A stretch of DNA of 46,956 nt. Source: an uncultured Neisseriales bacterium (GTDB taxonomy: Bacteria > Pseudomonadota > Gammaproteobacteria > Burkholderiales > Aquaspirillaceae). A model generated the notes under the pieces. The model ran no database searches. It was given only the letters and a program-made list of their open reading frames with translations, and was not told the origin of the DNA. Location of the stretch: assembly GCA_937871815.1 (NCBI GenBank), contig CALMOJ010000009.1, positions 1-46,956 on the forward strand. The letters are read 5' to 3'. Position numbers and translations under genes: made by a program. Shown here piece after piece: positions 9,413-19,869 of this stretch (the stretch's first letter is position 1; each line of letters opens with the position of its first letter).

Positions 9413-10564
9413 ATGAACCTATTTAGCCGCCTAACCGATACCTCTGACCGCCACCTTGCCGCCAAAATCAGCACCCTAGTCAGCGTTGTCATCAATATCA
9501 TCATGTCCACCCTGCAAGTCTTTATCGGCTTATGGGCCAACTCCCAAGCCCTAATTGCAGATGGGATACATTCGCTGTCCGATTTAGTCTCTGATTTTGT
9601 GGTACTGATTGCCGCCCATCACAGCCGTGCTGACCCTGACGACAAACACCCCTACGGACATGGCCGGTTTGAAACCGCCGCCTCGATGGTTATTGGCCTA
9701 CTTTTGCTCGCCGTCGGGATAGGGATGCTCTGGTCAGCTGCCCAAAAAATTCAGTCCCCAGCATTGATTCCGACCGTTCACCCTATCGCACTGGGCGTGG
9801 CCTGCCTGTCGCTTGTCGCCAAAGAAGGGCTATTCCGCTACATGTTGTATGTGGCACAAAAGATTAAATCCAGCCTACTGATTGCCAATGCGTGGCACGC
9901 CCGCTCCGATGCGGCCTCTTCGCTAGTGGTCGGGGTTGGCGTAATTGGCAATATGCTGGGCTACCCGTTCTTAGACCCACTTGCCGCCATGTTGGTTGGC
10001 TTTATGATTGTCAAAATGGGCTGGAGCTTCAGCTATGCCGCGCTCAATGACCTGATGGATCACGGCTTATCCGCAGAAGAAGTCGTCCAGCTCAAAGCCG
10101 TATTAGCCGCCACCCCTGGGGTGGTCGATGTGCACGACCTCCGCACCCGCAAAATGGGCGACCAAGCATGGGTTGATGCCCATTTGCGCGTCGATGGCCG
10201 TATCAGCGTCTCCGAAGGACACTTTATCGCCGTGAATGCCCGTCGCCGCATTTTGGCACTCGAAGCACTGCCAGTGCTGGATGTGCAGGTGCATATCGAC
10301 CCCGAAGACGACCACGAATCCATCGCCCCCAGCCTGCTCCCCACGCGAGAAGTCTTGCTGGGCGACATCGCAGCGGTGTTGGATGACGAAGCCAGCTATG
10401 CCGAGCTGCACTTTGTTTTGCACTATCTCAACAACCGCGTTGAGCTCGACATCACCGCACCGGCACACGCATCGCCCGCCCTATTGGCGCAGCTACATGC
10501 CTTGCCCACCCAGCTGCCCATCATCCACACCCTCACCGTCAAAATAGGGGTCAGGGCAGGCTAA
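9413..10564 (+). CDS. Cation diffusion facilitator (FieF-like) metal transporter
   Basis: 'ADGIHSLSD', 'HPYGHGRFE' and 'AWHARSD' motifs, six TM helices, and a dimerisation domain 'SVSEGH..VHIDP' with a C-terminal extension. Confidence 0.92.
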   Translation: MNLFSRLTDTSDRHLAAKISTLVSVVINIIMSTLQVFIGLWANSQALIADGIHSLSDLVSDFVVLIAAHHSRADPDDKHPYGHGRFETAASMVIGLLLLAVGIGMLWSAAQKIQSPALIPTVHPIALGVACLSLVAKEGLFRYMLYVAQKIKSSLLIANAWHARSDAASSLVVGVGVIGNMLGYPFLDPLAAMLVGFMIVKMGWSFSYAALNDLMDHGLSAEEVVQLKAVLAATPGVVDVHDLRTRKMGDQAWVDAHLRVDGRISVSEGHFIAVNARRRILALEALPVLDVQVHIDPEDDHESIAPSLLPTREVLLGDIAAVLDDEASYAELHFVLHYLNNRVELDITAPAHASPALLAQLHALPTQLPIIHTLTVKIGVRAG

Positions 10565-11532
10565 TCCACCACCAGCACCACCTTGCCTTTGTTGGCGCGT
10601 GCCTCTAGCCACGCATGGGCAGCAGCCACCTCGGCAAGGGGAAAGCAGCGGTCTAGGGTCGGCTGCAACGTGCCCGCCAACAAGGCCGGCAGCACCTGCG
10701 TTTCTAACTGCCGTGCCAACTGGGCGCGTACCGCCAACGGCTGGCTGCGCAGGGTCGAACCGACAATAGACAGCCGCTTTACCAACACCAAGCCCAAATT
10801 CACGGCGGCTTGCGCCCCACCCATGATGCCAATCAACACCAGTTTGCCATCTTGGGCAAGGGTGGACAGGTTGGCATTGAGCGTCTCGCCACCAATGCAG
10901 TCCAGCACCAAGTGAACCGCCCCCAGTCCCCGCACGGTCTTGGCCACGTCCTCGGTTTGATAGTCGATAACATGCTGAGCCCCCAAGGCGCGGCAAAAAG
11001 CCGCTTTTTCGGCTCCGCTGCAGGTGGCAATAACCTCTGCGCCCCGCCACACCGCCAACTGAATCGCCGCCGCCCCCACCCCGCTGGCCCCTGCATGAAT
11101 CAACACCCGTTGCCCTGCGACCAAACCGCCGACCTCGACCAAGTTAAGCCAAGCCGTCAACCATGCTTCGGGCAAACTGGCGGCGACTGCCCAGCTCAGC
11201 GCGTCGGGCTTGGCGATAGCTTCAGCTTCGTTGACCAGCGCGTAGTCGGCATAGCCCCCACCCGACACCAACGCCAACACCGCATCGCCCACCGCAAAGC
11301 GGGTACAACCTTCGCCCACCGCTTCGACCACCCCCGCCAGCTCCAAGCCCAAAATCGGCGAGGCACCGACCGGCGGGGGGTAGCGGCCTTCACGCTGCAC
11401 AATATCGGCACGATTTACCCCCGCCGCCCGCACCCGTACCCCAAGCTGCCCCGCGCTCGGCATCGGTGTGGGGGCATCGGCCAGATACAGCGTATCGGCA
11501 CCGCCCTGTGTGGTTTGGAGAATGGCACGCAT
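10561..11532 (-). CDS. NAD(P)H-quinone oxidoreductase (PIG3/zeta-crystallin family)
   Basis: 'AAGVNRADIVQREGRYPPP', 'HAGASGVG' and 'GSTLRS'. Start reassigned to ATG 11532. Confidence 0.9.
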   Translation of the reverse strand: MRAILQTTQGGADTLYLADAPTPMPSAGQLGVRVRAAGVNRADIVQREGRYPPPVGASPILGLELAGVVEAVGEGCTRFAVGDAVLALVSGGGYADYALVNEAEAIAKPDALSWAVAASLPEAWLTAWLNLVEVGGLVAGQRVLIHAGASGVGAAAIQLAVWRGAEVIATCSGAEKAAFCRALGAQHVIDYQTEDVAKTVRGLGAVHLVLDCIGGETLNANLSTLAQDGKLVLIGIMGGAQAAVNLGLVLVKRLSIVGSTLRSQPLAVRAQLARQLETQVLPALLAGTLQPTLDRCFPLAEVAAAHAWLEARANKGKVVLVVD

Positions 11533-11636
11533 GGTATTTTCCTCAGAACAAAAAAGGGGATAAGCCGTCAAAGCTTGTGCCAAGGCGCAGGCTGTGGCAA
11601 GAATGGTTCTTACAGTTTTCTGAAAGGAATACGCCC

Positions 11637-13043
11637 ATGACTCCCCTCCGCTTTGCAGGCATCAGCAGCACCCTCGCCTTACTCGCCACGCCACTGGCTC
11701 ATGCCGCCGCACTCCCTGGTGCAGAACTAGGGTTGATTTGGGCCGCACCCTTCTTAGGCTTGCTGCTGTCTATTGCCCTCTTTCCGCTGGTTGCCCCCGC
11801 CTTTTGGCATCACCATTTTGGCAAAATCAGTGCGCTATGGGCGATGGCCTTTTTGCTGCCTGCCGCCAGTGTTTACAGCGTGGGGACGGCGGTTGGCGTG
11901 GTGCTACACGCGCTGGTCGATGAATACATTCCGTTTATTGTGCTGCTGTTCGCGCTCTACACCGTATCGGGCGGAGTCTTTATTGCCGGCAACCTCCACG
12001 GCTCGCCCAAGCTCAACACCACGCTGTTGGCGATAGGCACCGTCTGCGCCAGCATCATGGGCACCACCGGTGCAGCCATGCTGCTGATTCGCCCGCTGCT
12101 CCGCGCCAACGACAACCGCAAACACAACGTCCATGTGGTGGTGTTCTTTATCTTTTTGGTGGCCAATATCGGCGGTGGGCTGACCCCGATTGGTGACCCC
12201 CCGCTGTTTCTGGGCTTTTTAAAGGGCGTGGATTTTATGTGGACGGTCAAATTTATGGCCGCGCCCGTCGCCTTTGCCGCCGCCTGTGTGCTGCTGCTGT
12301 TTTTTCTCGTCGATAGCTATCTGTACCGCAAAGAAGGGACTCAGCCCGCTGACCCCACGCCAGACCAGTCGATTCGCTTGGAAGGCGCGTGGAACTTCGT
12401 CCTCGTGGCCATCATTGTCGGGGCGGTGCTGCTCTCTGGCCTGTGGAAGCCCAACGTCGCTTTTGCTGTAGGCGGCGTGGAGCTGCAACTGCAAAATCTG
12501 GTGCGCGATGTGATTTTGCTGCTGGCGGCAGGCGTTTCGCTGGCCTTGACCCCCAAGGCCATTCGGGTGGCCAATGACTTCAATTGGTTTCCGATGCTGG
12601 AAGTCGGCAAGCTCTTTGCGGGGATTTTTATTGCGATGGCCCCCGCCATTGCCATGCTCCGTGCCGGTACACAGGGCGCATTTGCCCCGTTGGTGGGCTG
12701 GGTGACTTCGCCGCAAGGGCAGCCTGTCGATGGCATGTATTTTTGGATGACCGGCGTACTGTCTAGCTTTTTGGACAACGCCCCGACCTATCTGGTGTTT
12801 TTCAACCTTGCCCACGGCGATGCGGCCTACATGATGGCCAACATGGCCAGCACCCTGCTGGCGATTTCGGCGGGGGCGGTGTTTATGGGGGCCAACACCT
12901 ATATCGGCAACGCGCCTAACTTTATGGTCAAAGCCATTGCCGAAAGCCAAGGGGTGAAAATGCCCAGCTTTTTCGCCTATATGCTGTGGTCAACGGTGTG
13001 CTTGATGCCGATTTTTGCTGTGTTGAGCGTGCTGTTTTTTTAG
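11637..13043 (+). CDS. Ion-transporter superfamily (NhaD/CitMHS-like) putative Na+/H+ antiporter or carboxylate transporter
   Basis: Polytopic protein with 'ANIGGGLTPIGDPP', 'SSFLDNAPT' and 'GANTYIGNAPN'. ATG 11637 follows AAAGGA. Confidence 0.8.
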   Translation: MTPLRFAGISSTLALLATPLAHAAALPGAELGLIWAAPFLGLLLSIALFPLVAPAFWHHHFGKISALWAMAFLLPAASVYSVGTAVGVVLHALVDEYIPFIVLLFALYTVSGGVFIAGNLHGSPKLNTTLLAIGTVCASIMGTTGAAMLLIRPLLRANDNRKHNVHVVVFFIFLVANIGGGLTPIGDPPLFLGFLKGVDFMWTVKFMAAPVAFAAACVLLLFFLVDSYLYRKEGTQPADPTPDQSIRLEGAWNFVLVAIIVGAVLLSGLWKPNVAFAVGGVELQLQNLVRDVILLLAAGVSLALTPKAIRVANDFNWFPMLEVGKLFAGIFIAMAPAIAMLRAGTQGAFAPLVGWVTSPQGQPVDGMYFWMTGVLSSFLDNAPTYLVFFNLAHGDAAYMMANMASTLLAISAGAVFMGANTYIGNAPNFMVKAIAESQGVKMPSFFAYMLWSTVCLMPIFAVLSVLFF

Positions 13044-13846
13044 GCGACCGCACCGCGCCAGCACCCCCCTGTCACCCGCCCATGCCCCGCTAAATCAGCC
13101 ACCGTAGCCACGGCTTCCCAGCCTTGGGTGGTCAGCAGAGCCTGCACCGCCTCGCCTTGTTGCCAACCGTGCTCCATCCACAGCCACCCGCCCGCCGCAA
13201 GGTGAGACGGGGCATCGGCCACAATCCGCCGAATCGCCGCCAAACCATCGGCGTGGTCGGTCAAGGCGCTGACCGGTTCAAAGCGCAAATCTCCTTGCGC
13301 CAAGTGCAGGTCAGTTTGGGCGATATAGGGCGGGTTGCTCACAATCAAGTCAAACACCTGCCCCGCCAAGGCACTGTACCAATCCGATACCTGCCACTGC
13401 ACCGCCAACCCAAGCTGCACCCCGTTACGCTGCGCCACGGCCAAGGCCGCCGCCGAAACATCCACCGCCGACACCGTAGCATCGGGGCGGCTATGCTGAA
13501 TCGCCAACGCCACCGCCCCGCTGCCGGTGCCGAGGTCCAGCACCCGCCCATTCGGCGGCAGATGGGCGAGGGCGACTTCGACCAAGGTTTCGGTATCAGG
13601 ACGAGGAATCAGCACATCCGGCGAAACGGCCAGCGTCAGCCCGTAAAATTCGCGCTCCCCCAGCAGATAGGCCATCGGCTCCCCCGCAAGACGACGCGCC
13701 ACCAGTGCCGCCAAAGCGGCTTGCTGGGCGGGCGAAGGGCTGCGTTCGGGGTGGGTCAGCTGCGCCACGCGGCTCCAGCCGGTCACCGCAGTGACCAGCA
13801 TGTGGGTTTCGAGACGCGGCAAAGAGGAGGAAGCAGAGGGGGGCAT
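13040..13846 (-). CDS. prmC: Release factor glutamine methyltransferase
   Basis: 'GEPMAYLLG', 'LIPRPDTE', SAM motif 'DLGTGSGA' and 'SNPPY'. Confidence 0.95.
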   Translation of the reverse strand: MPPSASSSLPRLETHMLVTAVTGWSRVAQLTHPERSPSPAQQAALAALVARRLAGEPMAYLLGEREFYGLTLAVSPDVLIPRPDTETLVEVALAHLPPNGRVLDLGTGSGAVALAIQHSRPDATVSAVDVSAAALAVAQRNGVQLGLAVQWQVSDWYSALAGQVFDLIVSNPPYIAQTDLHLAQGDLRFEPVSALTDHADGLAAIRRIVADAPSHLAAGGWLWMEHGWQQGEAVQALLTTQGWEAVATVADLAGHGRVTGGCWRGAVA

Positions 13847-13931
13847 GGATAGACTCGAGAAGAGGGAAAGCGGTTAATACGTGCCGCGCCATGCCCGTCG
13901 TAGCAGGTCTGGGTGGGGCGACCAACCACTT

Positions 13932-14615
13932 TTAAGGCACTTCAGCGTACTGCATCCGCCGCCCAATAATGGCAGCCTTACGGGCAAGACGGGGGTCGGT
14001 GCGGTGGGTGTCGTAATAACGGGGATTGGGCACCATGGCCGCCAAGCGCGCAGCTTGAGGCGCAGACAGGCGGGCAGCAGGCTGGCGGTAGTAATAGCGT
14101 GCCGCCGCTTCTGCACCAAACACGCCATTGCCCCACTCAATCACGTTAAGGTAAATCTCAAAGATACGCCGCTTATCGAGCAAGGCTTCGAGCATCACGG
14201 TAATGATGGCTTCTTCCGCTTTGCGCCACGGGGTGCGCTCGCTAGACAAAAACAGGTTCTTGGCAAGCTGCTGGCTGATGGTCGAGCCGCCCGCCACGAT
14301 ATGCCCCTTGGCGAGATTTTTTTCCCACGCCGCCTGTATCCCCTCCCAGTCGAAGCCCTCGTGCTCTAGAAACTTAGCATCTTCGCTGGCCACCAAAGCA
14401 CGTTTGAGATGGGGGGAGATTTGGGCGTAGTTGACCCATGTGTGACGCAAGCTGGCATCGGGATTGGCATCTTGCAAATGGACTTCTTGCTCGGTCATAA
14501 AGGCCGTGCGCGAAGGGTTGGCTTGCTTCCAGTACAGAATGCAGCCAAAAATCCACAGGTGATACAGCGCGACAGCTGCTACCGGCAACAGCAACAGCCG
14601 TCCCAAAAATTTCAA
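13932..14615 (-). CDS. mtgA: Monofunctional biosynthetic peptidoglycan transglycosylase
   Basis: GT51 motifs 'SEDAKFLEH', 'GGSTISQQLAKN', 'RKAEE' and 'YLN'. The TTG start overlaps the aroE stop. Confidence 0.95.
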   Translation of the reverse strand: MKFLGRLLLLPVAAVALYHLWIFGCILYWKQANPSRTAFMTEQEVHLQDANPDASLRHTWVNYAQISPHLKRALVASEDAKFLEHEGFDWEGIQAAWEKNLAKGHIVAGGSTISQQLAKNLFLSSERTPWRKAEEAIITVMLEALLDKRRIFEIYLNVIEWGNGVFGAEAAARYYYRQPAARLSAPQAARLAAMVPNPRYYDTHRTDPRLARKAAIIGRRMQYAEVP

Positions 14616-15433
14616 CTGAGCACCTCACGCAGCAGCCCCATGACGCGGCGGGTTTCAGGCTTGACCCCACGCCAAATCAGGAACGACTCGGCCGCCTGCT
14701 CCACCAGCATCCCCAAGCCATCGGCCAAAATCGCGGCTTTTTCGGCCTGTGCCCGCTTCAGAAAGGGGGTCAGGCCGGCGCTGTAAACCATGTCATAGGC
14801 AAGGCTGTCCGGCGCGAAAATGCCGTGCGGAATCGGTGGCAGTTCATCGTGCAGGCTGGTCGAGGTGGCGTTAATCACTACATCAAATTGCCGCCCCGCC
14901 AACGCGGGATAGCCCACCCCTTCGATATGGCCGTAGTCAGCAAATTGTGCTGCAAGGGCTTCGGCTTTTTCGACCGTGCGGTTGGCGACGGTGATTTGGG
15001 CAGGGTTTTCTTCCAGCAAGGGTAGCAACACCCCTCGCACCGCGCCCCCCGCACCCAACACCAAGACACGCTTACCGGCAAGGGTGACATCAAGGTTGTG
15101 CACGATGTCATCCACCAGCCCCACGCCGTCGGTGTTGTCACCGTAAATCACGCCGTCTTTGAACATCAGCGTATTAACCGCTGCGGCAGTCTGCGCGTGG
15201 GGAGTCAGCACTTGCGCTAGGTCAAACGCTTCGCCTTTAAAGGGGAGGGTGATATTCAACCCTTTGCCGCCTTGTGCCACAAAGGTATTCACCACTTGGG
15301 CAAACTCACCGAGCGGTGCAAACAGGCGGTCATAGCTCAGATTTTGGCCAGTTTGCTTGGCGAACTCGCCATGAATCAGCGGGGATTGGCTATGGGAAAT
15401 GGGGTTGCCGATAACGGCGTACTGGTCGGTCAT
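14612..15433 (-). CDS. aroE: Shikimate dehydrogenase
   Basis: 'GNPISHSQSP', 'NITLPFK', 'AVNT', 'NTDG', 'GAGGA' and 'GLGMLVEQA'. Confidence 0.97.
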   Translation of the reverse strand: MTDQYAVIGNPISHSQSPLIHGEFAKQTGQNLSYDRLFAPLGEFAQVVNTFVAQGGKGLNITLPFKGEAFDLAQVLTPHAQTAAAVNTLMFKDGVIYGDNTDGVGLVDDIVHNLDVTLAGKRVLVLGAGGAVRGVLLPLLEENPAQITVANRTVEKAEALAAQFADYGHIEGVGYPALAGRQFDVVINATSTSLHDELPPIPHGIFAPDSLAYDMVYSAGLTPFLKRAQAEKAAILADGLGMLVEQAAESFLIWRGVKPETRRVMGLLREVLS

Positions 15434-15616
15434 GGCAGGGTCTATGTAATTGAACGGTTGAACAAAAAAGCCGAGGCACCGTGTGGGTCAGGGGCGTGCA
15501 CGACGGCGCACAGCACACCACTGGTCATCGGTGCGTCACTGAGGTGTGTCGATTATGGCAAATCACACGCAGGCTGACCACGAAGACGACCTAAAAAGCC
15601 AAACACCCCGCCCCAC

Positions 15617-15665
15617 TGCACCAGTATGGTGCAGAATAAGAGCGGGTTTGCACCCTCTTGGACGT
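15617..15665 (+). promoter_or_regulatory. Tandem NtrC enhancer sites upstream of glnA
   Basis: Near-perfect TGCACCAGTATGGTGCA at 15617-15633 and a weaker TGCACCCTCTTGGACGT at 15649-15665, 32 bp apart and about 100 bp upstream of a sigma54 site. Confidence 0.85.
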
Positions 15666-15729
15666 ACTGTTTTCTGCATGACGGGCAACCAAGCCTTATG
15701 GCAAAATAGGCCGTTGCTCGTTGATTACA

Positions 15730-15745
15730 TGGCATGGTTTCTGCT
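15730..15745 (+). promoter_or_regulatory. Sigma54 (-24/-12) promoter of glnA
   Basis: TGGCATGGTTTCTGCT matches TGGCAC-N5-TTGC with correct GG to GC spacing. Confidence 0.85.
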
Positions 15746-15792
15746 AGGTCATGTGTTCACACCCTTCTACGCTCACGTCTATGGAGAGAATT

Positions 15793-17211
15793 ATGGCGGT
15801 TGCTGACGTTTTGAAATTGATGAAGGAAAACGACGTAAAATTCGTTGACCTGCGTTTTACCGATACCCGTGGTAAAGAACAGCACGTAACCGTGCCAGCA
15901 CACGTTGTGCTGGAAGACGGCGATGCTTGGTTTGAAAATGGCCACGCCTTTGATGGTTCGTCCATCGCCGGCTGGAAAGGCATCCAAGCCTCCGATATGT
16001 TGCTGATGGCTGACCCTTCTACCGCCAACATCGACCCCTTCTTTGACGAACCCACCCTGATTCTGAGCTGCGACGTGGTTGACCCTGCCGATGGCAAGGG
16101 CTACGACCGTTGCCCACGTTCCGTGGCAAAACGCGCAGAAGCCTACCTCAAGGCTTCCGGTCTGGGCGATGTCGCTTACTTTGGTCCAGAACCAGAATTC
16201 TTCATCTTTGACAGCGTGACCTGGGGTTACGACATGTCTGGCTGCCACGTTAAAGTGAACGCCGAAGAAGCCGCTTGGTCCTCTTCCGAAAGCTACGACG
16301 GCAGCAACACCGGCCACCGTCCACGCGTCAAGGGCGGCTACTTCCCAGTACCTCCTGTTGATTCCGCTCAAGATATCCGCTCCGCGATGGTTTTGACGCT
16401 GGAAGAAATGGGCGTACCGGTTGAAGTTCACCACCACGAAGTGGCGACTGCGGGTCAAAACGAAATCGGCACCAAGTTCAGCACCCTGACGCAACGTGCT
16501 GACTGGACGCAAATCCTGAAGTACGTGGTACACAACGTCGCCCACAGCTACGGCAAAACCGCGACCTTTATGCCTAAGCCTATCGTCGGCGATAACGGCT
16601 CCGGTATGCACGTTCACCAATCCATCTGGAAAGATGGCGTAAACCTGTTTGCAGGTGACGGCTATGCAGGTTTGTCCGATTTCGCCATTTACTACATCGG
16701 CGGGATTATCAAGCACGCTAAGGCGTTGAATGCCATTACCAACCCTGGCACCAACTCCTACAAGCGTCTCGTGCCACACTACGAAGCACCGGTGAAACTG
16801 GCTTACTCCGCCAAAAACCGCTCCGCTTCTATCCGCATCCCACACGTTTCCAGCCCTAAGGGTCGCCGTATCGAAGCGCGTTTCCCTGACCCATTGGCCA
16901 ACCCCTACCTGTGCTTTGCCGCACTGATGATGGCGGGTCTGGACGGCGTACAAAACAAGATTCATCCTGGCGATCCTGCTGACAAGAACCTGTATGACTT
17001 GCCACCAGAAGAAGACAAGCTGATTCCAACCGTCTGCGCTTCGCTCGAAGAAGCACTGGATGCCTTGGACAAAGACCGCGAGTTCTTGACCCGTGGCGGC
17101 GTGTTCTCTAACGAATGGATTGACGCTTACCTCGAATTGAAGATGCAAGATGTCAACTTGACCCGTATGACGACACACCCTGTCGAATTCGACATGTACT
17201 ACTCGCTCTAA
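15793..17211 (+). CDS. glnA: Glutamine synthetase type I
   Basis: '[10 protein letters not shown]', 'FDGSSI', 'GPEPEFF', '[16 protein letters not shown]' and adenylylation loop 'NLYDLP'. Start at ATG 15793 after GGAG. Confidence 0.99.
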   Translation: MAVADVLKLMKENDVKFVDLRFTDTRGKEQHVTVPAHVVLEDGDAWFENGHAFDGSSIAGWKGIQASDMLLMADPSTANIDPFFDEPTLILSCDVVDPADGKGYDRCPRSVAKRAEAYLKASGLGDVAYFGPEPEFFIFDSVTWGYDMSGCHVKVNAEEAAWSSSESYDGSNTGHRPRVKGGYFPVPPVDSAQDIRSAMVLTLEEMGVPVEVHHHEVATAGQNEIGTKFSTLTQRADWTQILKYVVHNVAHSYGKTATFMPKPIVGDNGSGMHVHQSIWKDGVNLFAGDGYAGLSDFAIYYIGGIIKHAKALNAITNPGTNSYKRLVPHYEAPVKLAYSAKNRSASIRIPHVSSPKGRRIEARFPDPLANPYLCFAALMMAGLDGVQNKIHPGDPADKNLYDLPPEEDKLIPTVCASLEEALDALDKDREFLTRGGVFSNEWIDAYLELKMQDVNLTRMTTHPVEFDMYYSL

Positions 17212-17258
17212 TCGCCCTGCTGCGCCGGTTCGCCGGTGCAACGCGGTTGCTTAGACAG

Positions 17259-17299
17259 CAAAATCCCCGCCTAGCGTACCTAGGCGGGGATTTTGTTTT
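17259..17299 (+). terminator. Intrinsic (probably bidirectional) terminator between glnA and ilvD
   Basis: CAAAATCCCCGCCTAG-CGTAC-CTAGGCGGGGATTTTG followed by TTTT. Confidence 0.85.
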
Positions 17300-17355
17300 G
17301 AGGAGTGCTCAGACCGGCAGCAGGACGGCAACACCCGCCCTGCTAGCCCCTGATA

Positions 17356-19212
17356 TTACAGCCGCTCAATTTGGCTCACATCCCGCACCGCACCGGTATC
17401 GGCACTGGTGGTCATCGCGGCGTAAGCCCGCAACGCAGGGCTCACCACCCGCTCACGGTTAACCGGCTTCCATGCCGCCGCGCCACGGGCTTCCATCGCG
17501 GCACGCCGACTGGCCAAGCACGCATCCGACACCGCCAAGCGAATCGTGCGTTGAGGGATGTTGATTTCCAGCGTATCGCCTTCTTCTGCCAAGCCAATCG
17601 CGCCGCCTTCTGCGGCTTCGGGGCTAACGTGGCCAATGCTGAGGCCAGAGGTGCCGCCAGAGAACCGGCCATCGGTCAGCAGCGCACACACTTTGCCCAA
17701 GCCTTTGGACTTGAGGTAGCTGGTGGGATACAGCATTTCTTGCATCCCTGGCCCGCCCTTAGGGCCTTCGTAGCGAATCAACACCACGTCCCCCGCCACG
17801 ATGTCATCCGCCAGCACAGCAGCCACGGCATCATCTTGGCTTTCAAAAATCCGTACCCGCCCGCTAAACACCAAAATACTGTCATCCACCCCAGCAGTTT
17901 TGACAATACAACCGCGCTCGGCGATGTTGCCGTAGAGCACCGCCAGCCCGCCATCTTGCGAGTACGCATGGGCTTTGCTGCGGATACAGCCTTCAGCGCG
18001 GTCGATGTCCAAGTCGGGATAACGCATCGACTGGCTAAACGCCAAAGTGGTACGCACCCCACCAGGGGCAGCACGGTAAAGCACCTTGGCGGCTTCGGTG
18101 CAGCTTGGGCGTTCCACGTCCCACGCATCCAAGCCCGCACCCAGCGTCGCGGCATGGATGGTCGGCACGTCACGGTGAATCAGCCCCGCGCGGTCGAGCT
18201 CGCCCAAAATACCAATCACGCCACCGGCACGATGAACATCTTCCATGTGATATTTTTGGGTGGCGGGGGCGACTTTGGCTAGGCAAGGCACACGGCGCGA
18301 AATGCGGTCGATGTCCTGCATGGTAAAGCGCACTTCGGCTTCACGCGCGGCGGCCAACAAGTGCAGCACGGTATTGGTGGAGCCACCCATCGCCACGTCG
18401 AGGCTCATGGCGTTTTCAAAGGCTTCGAACGTGGCAATGCTGCGGGGCAAAACACTCAAGTCGTCTTGCTCGTAGTAACGCTTGGCCAGCTCAACAATGG
18501 TGCGCCCTGCCTGCAAGAACAATTCTTTGCGGTCCGCGTGGGTCGCCAACAACGAGCCGTTGCCGGGCAGCGACAAGCCCAAAGCTTCGGTCAGGCAGTT
18601 CATCGAGTTGGCGGTAAACATCCCCGAGCACGAGCCGCAGGTCGGGCAGGCCGAGCGTTCAATTGCCGCCACCTCTTCGTCGCTGACCTTGCTGTCGGCG
18701 GCTTCGACCATCGCATCGACCAAATCCAGCTTGCGGACACCTTCGCCCCACTGCACTTTACCGGCCTCCATCGGCCCCCCCGAGACAAAAATCACGGGGA
18801 TATTCAGGCGCAGCGCGGCCATCAACATGCCAGGGGTGATTTTGTCGCAGTTAGAGATGCACACCAGCGCGTCGGCACAGTGGGCATTGACCATGTATTC
18901 GACCGAATCGGCAATCAAATCGCGGCTAGGCAAGGAATACAGCATCCCGCTGTGCCCCATAGCGATGCCGTCATCAATCGCGATGGTGTTAAATTCTTTG
19001 GCGATGCCGCCGGCCTTTTCAATTTCGCGGGCGACCAACTGACCAAGGTTGTGCAGGTGAACATGCCCTGGCACAAATTGGGTAAAGCTATTGGCGATGG
19101 CAATAATCGGCTTGCCAAAGTCGCCATCATTCATGCCAGTCGCACGCCACAAAGCGCGTGCGCCAGCCATGTTGCGGCCATGAGTAGAAGTGCGGGAACG
19201 GTAAGCGGGCAT
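17356..19212 (-). CDS. ilvD: Dihydroxy-acid dehydratase
   Basis: '[16 protein letters not shown]', 'NCDKITPG', '[13 protein letters not shown]' and 'TDGRFSG'. Confidence 0.98.
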   Translation of the reverse strand: MPAYRSRTSTHGRNMAGARALWRATGMNDGDFGKPIIAIANSFTQFVPGHVHLHNLGQLVAREIEKAGGIAKEFNTIAIDDGIAMGHSGMLYSLPSRDLIADSVEYMVNAHCADALVCISNCDKITPGMLMAALRLNIPVIFVSGGPMEAGKVQWGEGVRKLDLVDAMVEAADSKVSDEEVAAIERSACPTCGSCSGMFTANSMNCLTEALGLSLPGNGSLLATHADRKELFLQAGRTIVELAKRYYEQDDLSVLPRSIATFEAFENAMSLDVAMGGSTNTVLHLLAAAREAEVRFTMQDIDRISRRVPCLAKVAPATQKYHMEDVHRAGGVIGILGELDRAGLIHRDVPTIHAATLGAGLDAWDVERPSCTEAAKVLYRAAPGGVRTTLAFSQSMRYPDLDIDRAEGCIRSKAHAYSQDGGLAVLYGNIAERGCIVKTAGVDDSILVFSGRVRIFESQDDAVAAVLADDIVAGDVVLIRYEGPKGGPGMQEMLYPTSYLKSKGLGKVCALLTDGRFSGGTSGLSIGHVSPEAAEGGAIGLAEEGDTLEINIPQRTIRLAVSDACLASRRAAMEARGAAAWKPVNRERVVSPALRAYAAMTTSADTGAVRDVSQIERL

Positions 19213-19292
19213 GGGGTTTCCCCTGTGTCAAAAAGTGTATTGTGCGGGGTACGGCTGGGCGAGGGCAAGGTGCGCGTGGCAGCCAGACAAAG

Positions 19293-19323
19293 CAAAACGG
19301 GAACTGCTGGAGTCCCCGTTTTG
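19293..19323 (-). terminator. Intrinsic terminator after hpf
   Basis: Minus strand CAAAACGGGGACT-CCAGC-AGTTCCCGTTTTG followed by CTTTG. Confidence 0.65.
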
Positions 19324-19375
19324 TTTATCGCGCAGCACCAGTGTGCAAACCCTAGGCTGCGGATAGGTACGTCAA

Positions 19376-19714
19376 TTAAGCTTCTACGTCGTCTTGCGCG
19401 TGCAGTGCCGCGCTCTTTTCAGCCGCATGGTGGTCGGTTACTTTTTCCTTGTGCTTCAGCACTTGGCGGTCGAGCTTATCCATCACCAAATCAATCGCGG
19501 CATACATGTCCGCATTGCTGGCTTCGACGTGGATATCTTTGCCCTTCAGGTGAACGCCGACTTCGGCTTTTTGTTCCAGCTTGTCCACGGACAGCGTGAC
19601 GCTAACAGCAATAACGTTGTCAACGTGGCGGGTAACACGTTCCAGCTTGGCTTCGACGTGTTCGCGCAGTGCGGGGGTGACATCAAGATGAATGCCGGTG
19701 ATTTTCAGGTTCAT
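19376..19714 (-). CDS. hpf: Ribosome hibernation promoting factor (HPF/RaiA)
   Basis: '[37 protein letters not shown]', downstream of rpoN. Confidence 0.95.
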   Translation of the reverse strand: MNLKITGIHLDVTPALREHVEAKLERVTRHVDNVIAVSVTLSVDKLEQKAEVGVHLKGKDIHVEASNADMYAAIDLVMDKLDRQVLKHKEKVTDHHAAEKSAALHAQDDVEA

Positions 19715-19869
19715 ACCTTGCTCCTTCTTGGGAAAGCCCTCACTCCATCGAGTGGGACGCGGTCACGGGCGTTATTTTGTCCGTGAGACCAAATTATAGT
19801 AACAGTTGCGTTATGCGCTTTAGGAAAAATCTTTGCCTAACTATGCAGATAGGGGCGGTCACAAAAATT

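Noticed and set aside
15757-17241. 494-aa ORF antisense to glnA
   Set aside because: It mirrors glnA codon for codon. Strong codon bias removes antisense stops, and the product has no recognisable motifs.
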